Source of the DNA: Bacteroidota bacterium
Lineage (GTDB): Bacteria; Bacteroidota; Bacteroidia; Bacteroidales; UBA12077
Length of the DNA: 64,000 nt
Reading direction: 5' to 3'
Assembly (NCBI GenBank): GCA_020444275.1
Contig: JAHLLG010000006.1
Coordinates: 12,316-76,315 of the forward strand
Numbering within the stretch: the stretch's first letter is position 1; each line of letters begins with the position of its first letter. Shown here one piece after another: positions 1-8,384 of this stretch. Made by a program: the position numbers and the translations under genes. A model generated the notes under the pieces. That model was not told the DNA's origin. It searched no databases and saw only the letters and a program-made list of their open reading frames with translations.

Positions 1-1137
1 CTACTAACTATCATCGGGGCTCGGCCACAAATTATTAAAGCTGCCGCTTTAAGTCGTGCCATAAAAAACAGCTATTCAGATCAGATACACGAGATCATTG
101 TACATACCGGGCAGCATTACGATGAAAATATGTCGGATGTGTTTTTTAAAGAGTTGGGTATTCCTCATCCCGATTACAATCTGAATATAGGATCAGGTAA
201 GCATGGCGAACAAACCGCAAAAATGATTGGTGGTATTGAAGAAATCCTGTTAAAAGAAACGCCCGATTTTATTATTTTATATGGTGATACAAACTCCACA
301 TTAGCAGGAGCAATAGCATCATCTAAAATCCACATTCCTATTGTACATATCGAAGCAGGATTAAGATCATTCAACAAAAAAATGCCCGAAGAAATTAACC
401 GAATAGTTTGTGACCATTGCTCAACGTATCTGTTTCCGCCAACACAAACGGGTTATCAGAATTTAAAAAACGAAGGGTTTACCAAAAACCAGCCTCCGTA
501 TTCGATCGATAAGCCTGCCATTCTAAATCTTGGCGATATCATGTATGATAACACCCTGCATTTCTCCAATGTGGCCGAAGAAAAGTCGGCAATCATACAA
601 AAGCATGATCTTCATGAAAAGGATTTTTTATTAGCTACCGTTCACCGCGATTATAATACAGATAGCGAAGAAAACTTACTGAACATCATTAAAGCATTAG
701 ATCATATAACCCGGGAAAACCAGATCGATTTGATTTTCCCTGTTCATCCCCGCACAAGAAAGAAGATTGAGGCTTTAGACAAACATCAAGAGATTTCCAG
801 CTTTTTAAACAATCCACGGATTCATCAGATTGATCCGGTTTCGTTTTTAGATATGATCTTACTGGAAAAATATGCCCGTTTAATACTAACCGATTCAGGC
901 GGAGTACAAAAGGAAGCGTATTTTTTTAATAAACCATGCATAATACTTCGCTCGGAAACCGAATGGGTAGAAGTTCTGGATACCGGCAAAGCGCTTATTG
1001 CATATGCTTCGTTCGATAAAATTGTACAGAGTTATGGTGATTTAATTAATCTTCCTCCAACAGAATTCCCCAAGATATTCGGAAAAGGAAATACTGCTGA
1101 GTTAATTTGTAAGGAGTTGTTAAAAAATAAACCTTAA
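1..1137 (+). CDS. wecB: UDP-N-acetylglucosamine 2-epimerase (non-hydrolysing), 5' end cut by window edge
   Basis: Frame 1 is open from base 1 (LLTIIGARPQIIKAAALSRA...) into the 130..1137 ORF. Family motifs present: HTGQHYD, GDTNSTLAG, HIEAGLRSFN, PEEINR, DSGGVQKEA. Confidence 0.9.
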   Translation, partial: LLTIIGARPQIIKAAALSRAIKNSYSDQIHEIIVHTGQHYDENMSDVFFKELGIPHPDYNLNIGSGKHGEQTAKMIGGIEEILLKETPDFIILYGDTNSTLAGAIASSKIHIPIVHIEAGLRSFNKKMPEEINRIVCDHCSTYLFPPTQTGYQNLKNEGFTKNQPPYSIDKPAILNLGDIMYDNTLHFSNVAEEKSAIIQKHDLHEKDFLLATVHRDYNTDSEENLLNIIKALDHITRENQIDLIFPVHPRTRKKIEALDKHQEISSFLNNPRIHQIDPVSFLDMILLEKYARLILTDSGGVQKEAYFFNKPCIILRSETEWVEVLDTGKALIAYASFDKIVQSYGDLINLPPTEFPKIFGKGNTAELICKELLKNKP

Positions 1138-1254
1138 TAAATACCATTTTAAAAAATAGTTATTGTGTAACGTTCCAAAACTCATACACCATAATCAATA
1201 TAACTATCTGACGGTTCAGCAATTCTACTTTCTTGCCTGCCAATTAATTATCGC

Positions 1255-1627
1255 CTGTGGACTGTCAACTATCGACTATGGACAATTAAACTATTCCTTC
1301 CCGCAACGTTCCAATGTCCTGCGGACGATTGGAAGTTTTCCGGTCCATCATCTGTGAACCGTGGACCATCGACTATGGACAATTAAACTCTTCCTTTCCT
1401 CAACATTCCAATATCCTGCGGATTATTGGAAGTTTTCCGGTCCATCATCTGTGGACTGTGGACCATCGACTATGGACAATTAAACTCTTCCTTTCCTCAA
1501 CATTCCAATATCCTGCGGATTATTGGAAGTTTTCCGGTCCATCATCTGTGGACTGTGGACCATCGACTATGGACAATTAAACTCTTCCTTTCCTCAACAT
1601 TCCAATATCTTCCGGATGATTGGACGT
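1255..1627. repeat. Tandem repeat, 97-bp unit, about 3.8 copies (each unit = 4-5 phased heptamers plus a ~65-bp core)
   Basis: Anchor atcgactatggacaattaaac recurs at 1271, 1368, 1465 and 1562 (period 97). Copies 1368-1464 and 1465-1561 are identical; copy 1 differs at about 10 positions. Confidence 0.95.
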
Positions 1628-1893
1628 TTGTATATAAAATTAAATACCTCAACAATTTAATCGTTGAACAATTCTACTTACTTCCTGCCCGCTCACCAGA
1701 TCAATAGGCATGATATCACAAGCAGAATATTATAAAAACAGGATATTTATCATCAAGGCACAGGAGTTCAGCTAATCAATAAAATAAAACCTTCTATCAA
1801 ATATTTTAAAAAATTAATGGAAAGTCATTGTCAGGATCTACTACTCGTATTATCTTCATAGCCATATACTCAAACATCTAAAACTTTTTCACC

Positions 1894-4017
1894 ATGAAAA
1901 GAAGTCTTTTTTCGATTATTTGCTTACTGTTCTTTCTGCAATTAACCGCAGGTAGCCAACAAACAAACATCGACAGTTTGCAAAAAATAATAAAATCCAC
2001 ACAAGATAGCACACACAAATTTAATGCTCTGCTTCAACTCTACAAATCGACAAAAAATGAGCATCCTCAACAGGCAGACGCTTATGCATCAGAAGCGCTA
2101 GCAATAGCCCGAAAAATGGGCGATAAACTAAAGGAATCACTGGTTATTAAAGAAACCAGTAAATTGTTGCTGGCCAACTATCAATTTGAACAGTTCGATT
2201 CTATTGTACATGCCATTATCCCGGTTTTTGAGGACCATAACGAAACCGAGCTGCTGGCTGACTGCTACAATAACCTGGGAACAAGTCAGTTTTACAGAGG
2301 GAACGTAGTAAAAGCAGAAGAATATTATCATCAGGCATTAGCTCTTTACGATCCCGATTCATGGCCCTGGGCATCTACCCGTCTAAATACGGTTTTTCTT
2401 ATGCAAACACAAGGCAGGTATTCAGAAGCGTTGCCCATATTATTGCAGCTGACCAAAAAATTTAAAGCACTGGAAGACGAATATAATTATACCCAGTGCC
2501 TGGTTACGTTAGCCTCTGTTTATGAAACCCAGGGTGATTTTGAAAAATCGAGGGAATATAACTTACAATACATTGAAAAATGTAAAGCTATAGGTTTTCA
2601 AGATGGCATAGCCGGGGGTTATCATAACCTGGCTAACCTGGCATCTAAACAGGAAAACCACCAGGAAGCACTAAAATATGCCCTTAAAGCCGTAGAAGGG
2701 TTCAAAAAACCGCAAATGGTATGGAACAAAGCATCATCCATGTTAACACTTGGTATTATCTACCATCAGTTAGGACAATTGGATAAAGCCTTGCAAACTA
2801 ACGAAGAAATTCTGACTATCTGCAAAGAAAAAGGAATAAACAGCTTTCTTTCGGAAATATACAATAATAACAGCAATATTTATCTGGAGAAGGGTGCTTA
2901 TCAAACGGCTTTCTCATGGGCAAAAAAATCCCTGCAGGAAGCAGAAAAAAACCGGGAAATAGACATGATCCGTGATGCCAGTTACAATCTATATGAGGCA
3001 AGTAAAGCATTAGGAAAAACAGATGACGCTCTGGCTTATCATGAATTGCATCATCAGTATAAAGACAGCCTGTTGCAAGAACAAAATAGCAAAGCCATCA
3101 GAGATTTGAAAAATAACTTTGAAATAACCATTAAAGAATATGAAAACCAGCAGTTAAAACAGGAAAATACGCTTAATGATTTGGAAATAAAGCAACAAAG
3201 AACAAAACTATGGGTAGTTGCCGTTATTCTTATCCTGGTAAGTGTTATCGTATTTGTTCTTATCTTGTTGAACAGGAAATTGCGTTCGAAAAACCGGGTA
3301 ATATCTGAACACCGTATTGAACTGGAAAAAAACAACCGGTTAAAGGATAATATGTTTTCTATTATTGCTCACGATCTGAGAGGACCTATGGGTGCAACAA
3401 AAGGCTTACTCGAATTTCTTGATATCGATAGTGCCAGAGAAGATCAAAAAGGCTATGAAGACGTTTTAGAAACAGTTAAAAAATCGGCCTCTTCTACTTA
3501 TGAATTACTTGAAAACTTGCTTAACTGGTCGCGACAGCAAAAGAACGAAATAACCTTTGAACCAAAATCAGCAAACCTTACCGAATTGGTAGATGAGATC
3601 ATGCAATTGAAACAGCCTGCAGCCAAAAGAAAAAACATTCATCTAAGTCATTCCCTGCAAAATGAATTTATTGTCAAATTCGATAAAAATATGATTCACC
3701 TGGTAATTCGCAACCTTATCGACAATGCAATCAAATTTACTCCCGAAGGAGGAAAGGTAGATATACTTGGAGAGATAAAAGAAGAAAAAGTTCAAATTGC
3801 TGTAGCTGATACCGGAGTTGGCATCAGTGAAGAAGCTAAAGTTAAAATATTCGATAAATACCAACTTTATAGCTCCAAAGGTACAAAAAATGAACATGGA
3901 TCAGGATTGGGACTTAAACTATGCCATGATTTTATTCAAAAACACTCCGGTTCTATTTATGTAGAAAGCAAAATTGGCGAAGGTAGCAGATTCATATTTA
4001 CAGTGCCACAAAATTAA
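1894..4017 (+). CDS. TPR-repeat sensor histidine kinase
   Basis: Signal peptide, ~400-aa TPR-like region, coiled coil and one TM (WVVAVILILVSVIVFVLILL). H-box FSIIAHDLRGP; ATPase boxes NLIDNAIKFT, DTGVGI, GSGLGL. Confidence 0.85.
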   Translation: MKRSLFSIICLLFFLQLTAGSQQTNIDSLQKIIKSTQDSTHKFNALLQLYKSTKNEHPQQADAYASEALAIARKMGDKLKESLVIKETSKLLLANYQFEQFDSIVHAIIPVFEDHNETELLADCYNNLGTSQFYRGNVVKAEEYYHQALALYDPDSWPWASTRLNTVFLMQTQGRYSEALPILLQLTKKFKALEDEYNYTQCLVTLASVYETQGDFEKSREYNLQYIEKCKAIGFQDGIAGGYHNLANLASKQENHQEALKYALKAVEGFKKPQMVWNKASSMLTLGIIYHQLGQLDKALQTNEEILTICKEKGINSFLSEIYNNNSNIYLEKGAYQTAFSWAKKSLQEAEKNREIDMIRDASYNLYEASKALGKTDDALAYHELHHQYKDSLLQEQNSKAIRDLKNNFEITIKEYENQQLKQENTLNDLEIKQQRTKLWVVAVILILVSVIVFVLILLNRKLRSKNRVISEHRIELEKNNRLKDNMFSIIAHDLRGPMGATKGLLEFLDIDSAREDQKGYEDVLETVKKSASSTYELLENLLNWSRQQKNEITFEPKSANLTELVDEIMQLKQPAAKRKNIHLSHSLQNEFIVKFDKNMIHLVIRNLIDNAIKFTPEGGKVDILGEIKEEKVQIAVADTGVGISEEAKVKIFDKYQLYSSKGTKNEHGSGLGLKLCHDFIQKHSGSIYVESKIGEGSRFIFTVPQN

Positions 4018-4067
4018 TCATCAGAAAACGATTATACTACGTTTTTACGAAATAAGCAGGAATAAAA

Positions 4068-4110
4068 AAGAATGAGCAGGTATTAAAAGCTGTTCATTCT
4101 TTTCCTTTTT
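4068..4110 (+). terminator. Rho-independent terminator candidate after the TPR kinase
   Basis: 12-bp stem aagaatgagcag (4068-4079) / ctgttcattctt (4090-4101) with one mismatch, followed by a T-rich tract. Confidence 0.6.
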
Positions 4111-4134
4111 CTATATGGCACAAAGATTCCAATC

Positions 4135-4533
4135 CCGACTATCCACTATGTAGTTAAAACTATTCCTTCTTGCAACGTTTCAAGCTTGCCTGCCGATTAG
4201 GCAGGGTCATGCGGACGCCTGCCTGTTCGACAGACAGGACTGGAATTTACTTCCTCCCTCCTAGTGCAGCTTAGTGTACAACAAGTCCCTGCCTGCCGGC
4301 TGGAAGGTAAGTGGTTACTGAACGCTGTAAACGATGATCTGTTGACTGTGAACCATGGACTATCGACTATTAAACTATTCCTTCCCGCAGCGTTCCTATG
4401 TCCTGCGGACGATTGGAAGTTTTCCGGTCCATCATCTATGAACCGTGGACTGTGGACCATGGACTATGGACCGCGGACCATGGACTGTGGACTATCGACT
4501 GTTGACTATGGACTGTAGACTATCAACTATGAT
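4135..4533. repeat. Two diverged copies of the 97-bp unit (first one interrupted by GC-rich hairpins) followed by 14 phased heptamers
   Basis: 4362-4440 matches the 1271-1367 unit (aaactattccttcccgca.cgttcc.atgtcctgcggacgattggaagttttccggtccatcatct). Heptamers CYRTNNA run in phase from 4436 to 4533. Confidence 0.85.
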
Positions 4534-4603
4534 CAAATGCAAAAATTTTTTGCCATTTATCCTGAAAAACCTACCTTTACTTAACCAATAACGATATTTG
4601 TAA

Positions 4604-4611
4604 TAAATTTG
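4604..4611 (+). promoter_or_regulatory. Bacteroidota-type -7 promoter box (TAnnTTTG)
   Basis: TAAATTTG lies 44 nt upstream of the ATG at 4656. Confidence 0.35.
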
Positions 4612-4655
4612 GAGGTACTATTTTACTAATTAACTATTTTACCAATACCCAATAA

Positions 4656-6194
4656 ATGACAAAGCGCTCTCTATTCTTTCACCTGCTATTTGATGTAATC
4701 ATCCTGCTCATTGCTTACAGTATGATCCTTTGGATAAAACCAGGTGATGCCGAGCCCTACGTAAGGAAATATGCCATTGGATTAGCCGTATTTTTGGTTA
4801 TCTGGATTATCATTTCCATTGCCTCGCAAAAATATACAGCACCTAAAAGAACCAGTTTAATCAATTCTGTTGTTTACCAGGTCGTTGTAAACACCTTTAT
4901 TGCCGGAATTATTGCTATTCTGATGTACCTGTTCCGGGCAGCAGACTATTCTCGTTTTATTGTTTTTGGCACCATTACCCTGACTACATTGTTTGAAATG
5001 GTTTTTGCTTTTAGCGAGTATTACATCTATAAGGCTAAAAGAAGCACCGACTCGTCGGAAGTATTCGAAAAATACAAGAAAATTGTTGGCCTGGATGATG
5101 AGTATCCTAAATCGGAAGTATTCCCTTTAGAATATACCGTTGATCCGGTGCCTGAAAATATTCGCGATACCATTATTGAGGAGTCGAATGTGGAAGTATT
5201 TAACTTTCTGTCGGAAAATATCGACCTCAATATTCCGAACTATTCGTTGCTTTCTACCACCACGCGGTTCAATGTGGAAAAGCTGCCGGCTAAAATGTAT
5301 TTAAAAATCGTTAATCTGAAACGAATTAATGATATCCGCTTTATTAACAAGTTTTTTGAAACGGTAAACCGCAAACTGGTCGATGGTGGCTTTTACATCG
5401 GATGTGTTGAAACCAAAGATCAGCGAAAAAAACGATTACTCAAAAAATATCCCCCGGTACTGAATCGCATCTACTATCTGTTCGACTTTATCATTAAACG
5501 TGTTTTTCCGAAGTTTAATCTTACCAAACATCTATATTTTTTCCTGACCCGTGGCGAAAACCGGGTAATATCCAAGGCCGAAACTTTTGGCCGGTTGTAC
5601 TCTTGCGGCTTTAAAGTAATTAACGAACAAGAAATTAGAGGTAATCTGTACTTTGTGGCTCGTAAAAATCGTGATCCGTTTTACGACATGGAGCCCACGT
5701 ATGGACCGCTGGTAAAGCTTAACCGGATAGGAAAGAACGGGAAAAATATCCAGGTATTTAAATTACGAACCATGCACCCTTATGCTGAGTACTTGCAGGA
5801 GTATGTATACGAAAAATCGAACCTGCAGGAAGGTGGTAAGTTTGCCGACGATTTTCGAATTACCACTGCCGGTAAACTATTCCGTAAATTCTGGATTGAT
5901 GAATTACCTATGCTCATCAACTTTTTACGTGGCGACCTGAAAATTGTGGGTGTTCGGCCGCTAAGTAAACATTATTATAGTTTATATAGTAAAGAGTTAC
6001 AGGAAAAGCGTATTCAAACCAAACCAGGCCTCATCCCTCCGTTTTATGTTGATATGCCTAAAACATTAGACGAAATTCAAGCCTCAGAACACAAATATCT
6101 CGATGCCTATTTTAAACATCCTTTTAGAACCGACTGGAAGTATTTTTGGAAAGCCGTGTGGAATATTGTTTTTAGAAAAGCGAGAAGTAGTTAA
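4656..6194 (+). CDS. Polyprenyl-phosphate sugar-phosphate transferase (bacterial sugar transferase family, WbaP-like) with N-terminal TM block and extra central domain
   Basis: C-terminal catalytic motifs are VFKLRTMH, WIDELPMLINFLRGDLKIVGVRPL and KPGLIPP. There are 4 hydrophobic helices in residues 1-125. Confidence 0.8.
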   Translation: MTKRSLFFHLLFDVIILLIAYSMILWIKPGDAEPYVRKYAIGLAVFLVIWIIISIASQKYTAPKRTSLINSVVYQVVVNTFIAGIIAILMYLFRAADYSRFIVFGTITLTTLFEMVFAFSEYYIYKAKRSTDSSEVFEKYKKIVGLDDEYPKSEVFPLEYTVDPVPENIRDTIIEESNVEVFNFLSENIDLNIPNYSLLSTTTRFNVEKLPAKMYLKIVNLKRINDIRFINKFFETVNRKLVDGGFYIGCVETKDQRKKRLLKKYPPVLNRIYYLFDFIIKRVFPKFNLTKHLYFFLTRGENRVISKAETFGRLYSCGFKVINEQEIRGNLYFVARKNRDPFYDMEPTYGPLVKLNRIGKNGKNIQVFKLRTMHPYAEYLQEYVYEKSNLQEGGKFADDFRITTAGKLFRKFWIDELPMLINFLRGDLKIVGVRPLSKHYYSLYSKELQEKRIQTKPGLIPPFYVDMPKTLDEIQASEHKYLDAYFKHPFRTDWKYFWKAVWNIVFRKARSS

Positions 6195-6201
6195 AATATT
6201 T

Positions 6202-6230
6202 GTCAACAGTTAACGGTCGATAGTCCACGG
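6202..6230 (-). repeat. Four phased heptamers in inverted orientation
   Basis: The reverse complement reads ccgtgga ctatcga ccgttaa ctgttga. It starts 8 nt after the stop of the sugar transferase. Confidence 0.8.
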
Positions 6231-6255
6231 TATATTAATTATAAAATACAATCAT

Positions 6256-6618
6256 ATGGCATTTAAATTTGAAAAATTGAACGTTTGGAAAAAAGCTCTT
6301 GATTTTGATAATGAAATTAATAATCTTGTAAAAGATTTTCCTAAAGAAGAACTATATATTTTAACATCACAAATGAAAAGAGCTGCTGATTCAATAGTCT
6401 TAAATATAGCCGAAGGTTCTACAGGACAATCAAATGCTGAATTTCACAAATTTTTAGGTTATGCTTTAAGATCAGCAATTGAAGTTGTTTCATGTTTATA
6501 TATTGCCAAAAACCGAAACTATATTAATCATATAACGTTTTCTAAACAGTATTCAACAGCAGAAGAAATTATTAAAATGATACAAGCATTGCGTAATTCT
6601 CTTAATGGAAAGAGATAA
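6256..6618 (+). CDS. Four-helix-bundle protein (23S rRNA intervening-sequence protein / Avd family)
   Basis: 120 aa. N-terminus FEKLNVWKKALDF...; also RAADSIVLNIAEG and LRSAIEVVSCLYIA, the typical pattern of this family. Confidence 0.8.
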   Translation: MAFKFEKLNVWKKALDFDNEINNLVKDFPKEELYILTSQMKRAADSIVLNIAEGSTGQSNAEFHKFLGYALRSAIEVVSCLYIAKNRNYINHITFSKQYSTAEEIIKMIQALRNSLNGKR

Positions 6619-6702
6619 CTATCAACTATCGACTATGGACTATCAACTATGGACTATGGACTGTGGACTATGGACTATAAACTATAAACTATGAACCATA
6701 AA
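6619..6702 (+). repeat. Twelve phased heptamers (CTATNNA) filling the whole 4HB-to-wzi spacer
   Basis: ctatcaa ctatcga ctatgga ctatcaa ctatgga ctatgga ctgtgga ctatgga ctataaa ctataaa ctatgaa ccataaa. The ATG at 6691 lies inside heptamer 11. Confidence 0.95.
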
Positions 6703-8316
6703 ATATTAATCATTAGTATATTACTTTCAATTTGCAGTTCTGTAAGCTCACAAGAAGTCTACTACCATACTTCAAATCAGGACATTTACGAATTCCTCGA
6801 TGAGTTTGCCAATATAGGTGTAATTGAACTTAACGCTACGGTTAAGCCCTATTCGAGGGTTTTCATTGCCGATAAGCTTCAAGAAATTCAGGAAAGCGAT
6901 TATTCTCTTAACAAAAGACAGCAAGCAGAGCTCGATTTCTATTTAAAAGATTTTAATAAAGAACTGCAACCAACCTATAACCGGAAGAATAAAAATTTCG
7001 ATAAACGATTTGATATTCTCTATTACAAAGATTCGTTGTTTACCTTCTCGGTAAATGCTATTCTGGGTGCTGAATATTTCATGAACGACAGCGGAAATTT
7101 TTACCACCGTTGGAATGGTGCCGAAGCATTTGCTTATATAGGTGATCATTGGGGATTTTATGCCAGCCTACGCGATAATCACGAGAGTGAGATTTTAACC
7201 CGCGAAGATTACCTTACCCCGCGTATGGGTGCTAATTATAAAAACAATGAAGGAGGAGGCGATTTTAGTGAAATGCGTGGTGGTTTAACCTACGCCTGGG
7301 ATTGGGGTAGTTTTGGAATTGTAAAAGATCATTTTGAGTGGGGAAACAACTACAACGGTGCGAATATCTTTTCAGGCAGAACACCTTCGTTTGCGCACAT
7401 CAAATTAAATTTAAAACCGGTCGATTGGTTTGAGTTTAACTGGGTTCATGGCTGGTTGGTTTCCGAAGTAATCGATAGTGCCTCCACCATGGTATTTACG
7501 AATGCATATGGTACCGATCGCAGAGAACAAATGTTCGATAAATACCTGGCCGCAAACCTGTTTACCTTTAAACCTTTTAAAAACTTTTATATCTCAGCAG
7601 GTAATTCGGTGATTTACAGTGCCGACGGACCACAGCTAGAATATCTGATTCCGGTAATGTTTTACAAATCGGTGGATCATACCTATAATGCTACTGACAA
7701 ATCGGGACGTAACGTGGGACAAAATTCACAGATGTTTTTCGATGTAAGCTCAAGAAACATTAAAAAAGTGCACCTTTCGGCCACCCTGTTTGTTGATGAA
7801 TTGAGCACCAGTCGATTTACCAACGATACTGTTTGGAACTTTTATAGCCTTAAAACCAGCATGCGGATTTCAGATCTTATACCCAATACGTTTATTACAG
7901 CCGAATATACCAAATCGATGCCACTAACCTATAAACACAATATACCTACTACAACTTTTGAGAGTAACGGGTATAACCTCGGACACTATTTAATGGATAA
8001 CTCGCAGGAAATTTATGTTTCGGCACTGGTAAAACCATTTCGAACGCTTTCGTTAAAATTGTCGTATCTGCATACACAAAAAGGAAAGGATTATGATGAA
8101 CTGGGCGGATCGCGACTGGGTAATCCGTATATGGATTCGGTTGAATGGGAAAATAAAACCATCGCTTTTCGTGCCAGTTATCAGGTAATTAACGACGGTT
8201 ACATCTTTCTGAATTATGTGCACAGCGATATTTCCGGTGATTTGGATAAGTACACAGCCCCTGTGTTCCACGGGAAACAAAGTACCATTTCGTTGGGGGC
8301 TAACTTTGGATTTTAG
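6691..8316 (+). CDS. Capsule assembly Wzi-like outer-membrane beta-barrel protein
   Basis: Signal peptide; N-terminal YEFLDEFANIGVIELNATVKPYSRVFIADKL resembles the Wzi helical lead. Aromatic-rich beta-strand pattern with a C-terminal F. Sits in a polysaccharide locus. Confidence 0.6.
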   Translation: MNHKILIISILLSICSSVSSQEVYYHTSNQDIYEFLDEFANIGVIELNATVKPYSRVFIADKLQEIQESDYSLNKRQQAELDFYLKDFNKELQPTYNRKNKNFDKRFDILYYKDSLFTFSVNAILGAEYFMNDSGNFYHRWNGAEAFAYIGDHWGFYASLRDNHESEILTREDYLTPRMGANYKNNEGGGDFSEMRGGLTYAWDWGSFGIVKDHFEWGNNYNGANIFSGRTPSFAHIKLNLKPVDWFEFNWVHGWLVSEVIDSASTMVFTNAYGTDRREQMFDKYLAANLFTFKPFKNFYISAGNSVIYSADGPQLEYLIPVMFYKSVDHTYNATDKSGRNVGQNSQMFFDVSSRNIKKVHLSATLFVDELSTSRFTNDTVWNFYSLKTSMRISDLIPNTFITAEYTKSMPLTYKHNIPTTTFESNGYNLGHYLMDNSQEIYVSALVKPFRTLSLKLSYLHTQKGKDYDELGGSRLGNPYMDSVEWENKTIAFRASYQVINDGYIFLNYVHSDISGDLDKYTAPVFHGKQSTISLGANFGF

Positions 8317-8331
8317 AACCAAACCAGCATT

Positions 8332-8355
8332 CAGTCAACGGTCAATAGTCCACAG
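8332..8355 (-). repeat. Three phased heptamers in inverted orientation
   Basis: The reverse complement reads ctgtgga ctattga ccgttga ctg. It starts 16 nt after the wzi-like stop. Confidence 0.75.
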
Positions 8356-8384
8356 TTTTTTTACTATTAATCACATACTCTACA

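Noticed and set aside
1255-1627. CRISPR array
   Set aside because: The units abut directly with no unique spacers, the 97-bp unit is far longer than a CRISPR repeat, and no cas genes are in the window.
1163-1707. Three overlapping ORFs (1163..1357, 1314..1580, 1426..1707) with repetitive peptides
   Set aside because: They read through the 97-bp tandem repeat in shifting frames (97 is not divisible by 3). They show no start context and no protein-like composition, so they are artefacts of the repeat.
4197-4518. ORFs 4197..4460 (-) and 4264..4518 (+)
   Set aside because: Both lie entirely in the repeat and GC-rich hairpin patch. The peptides are translated heptamers (WTMDYG...), so they are not credible genes.
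1255-6618. Diversity-generating retroelement (the 4HB protein is Avd-like, and the repeats could be TR/VR)
   Set aside because: There is no reverse transcriptase. Differences between repeat copies 1 and 2 include C-T, G-T, G-A and A-G changes, not adenine-specific substitutions, and the repeats are non-coding.
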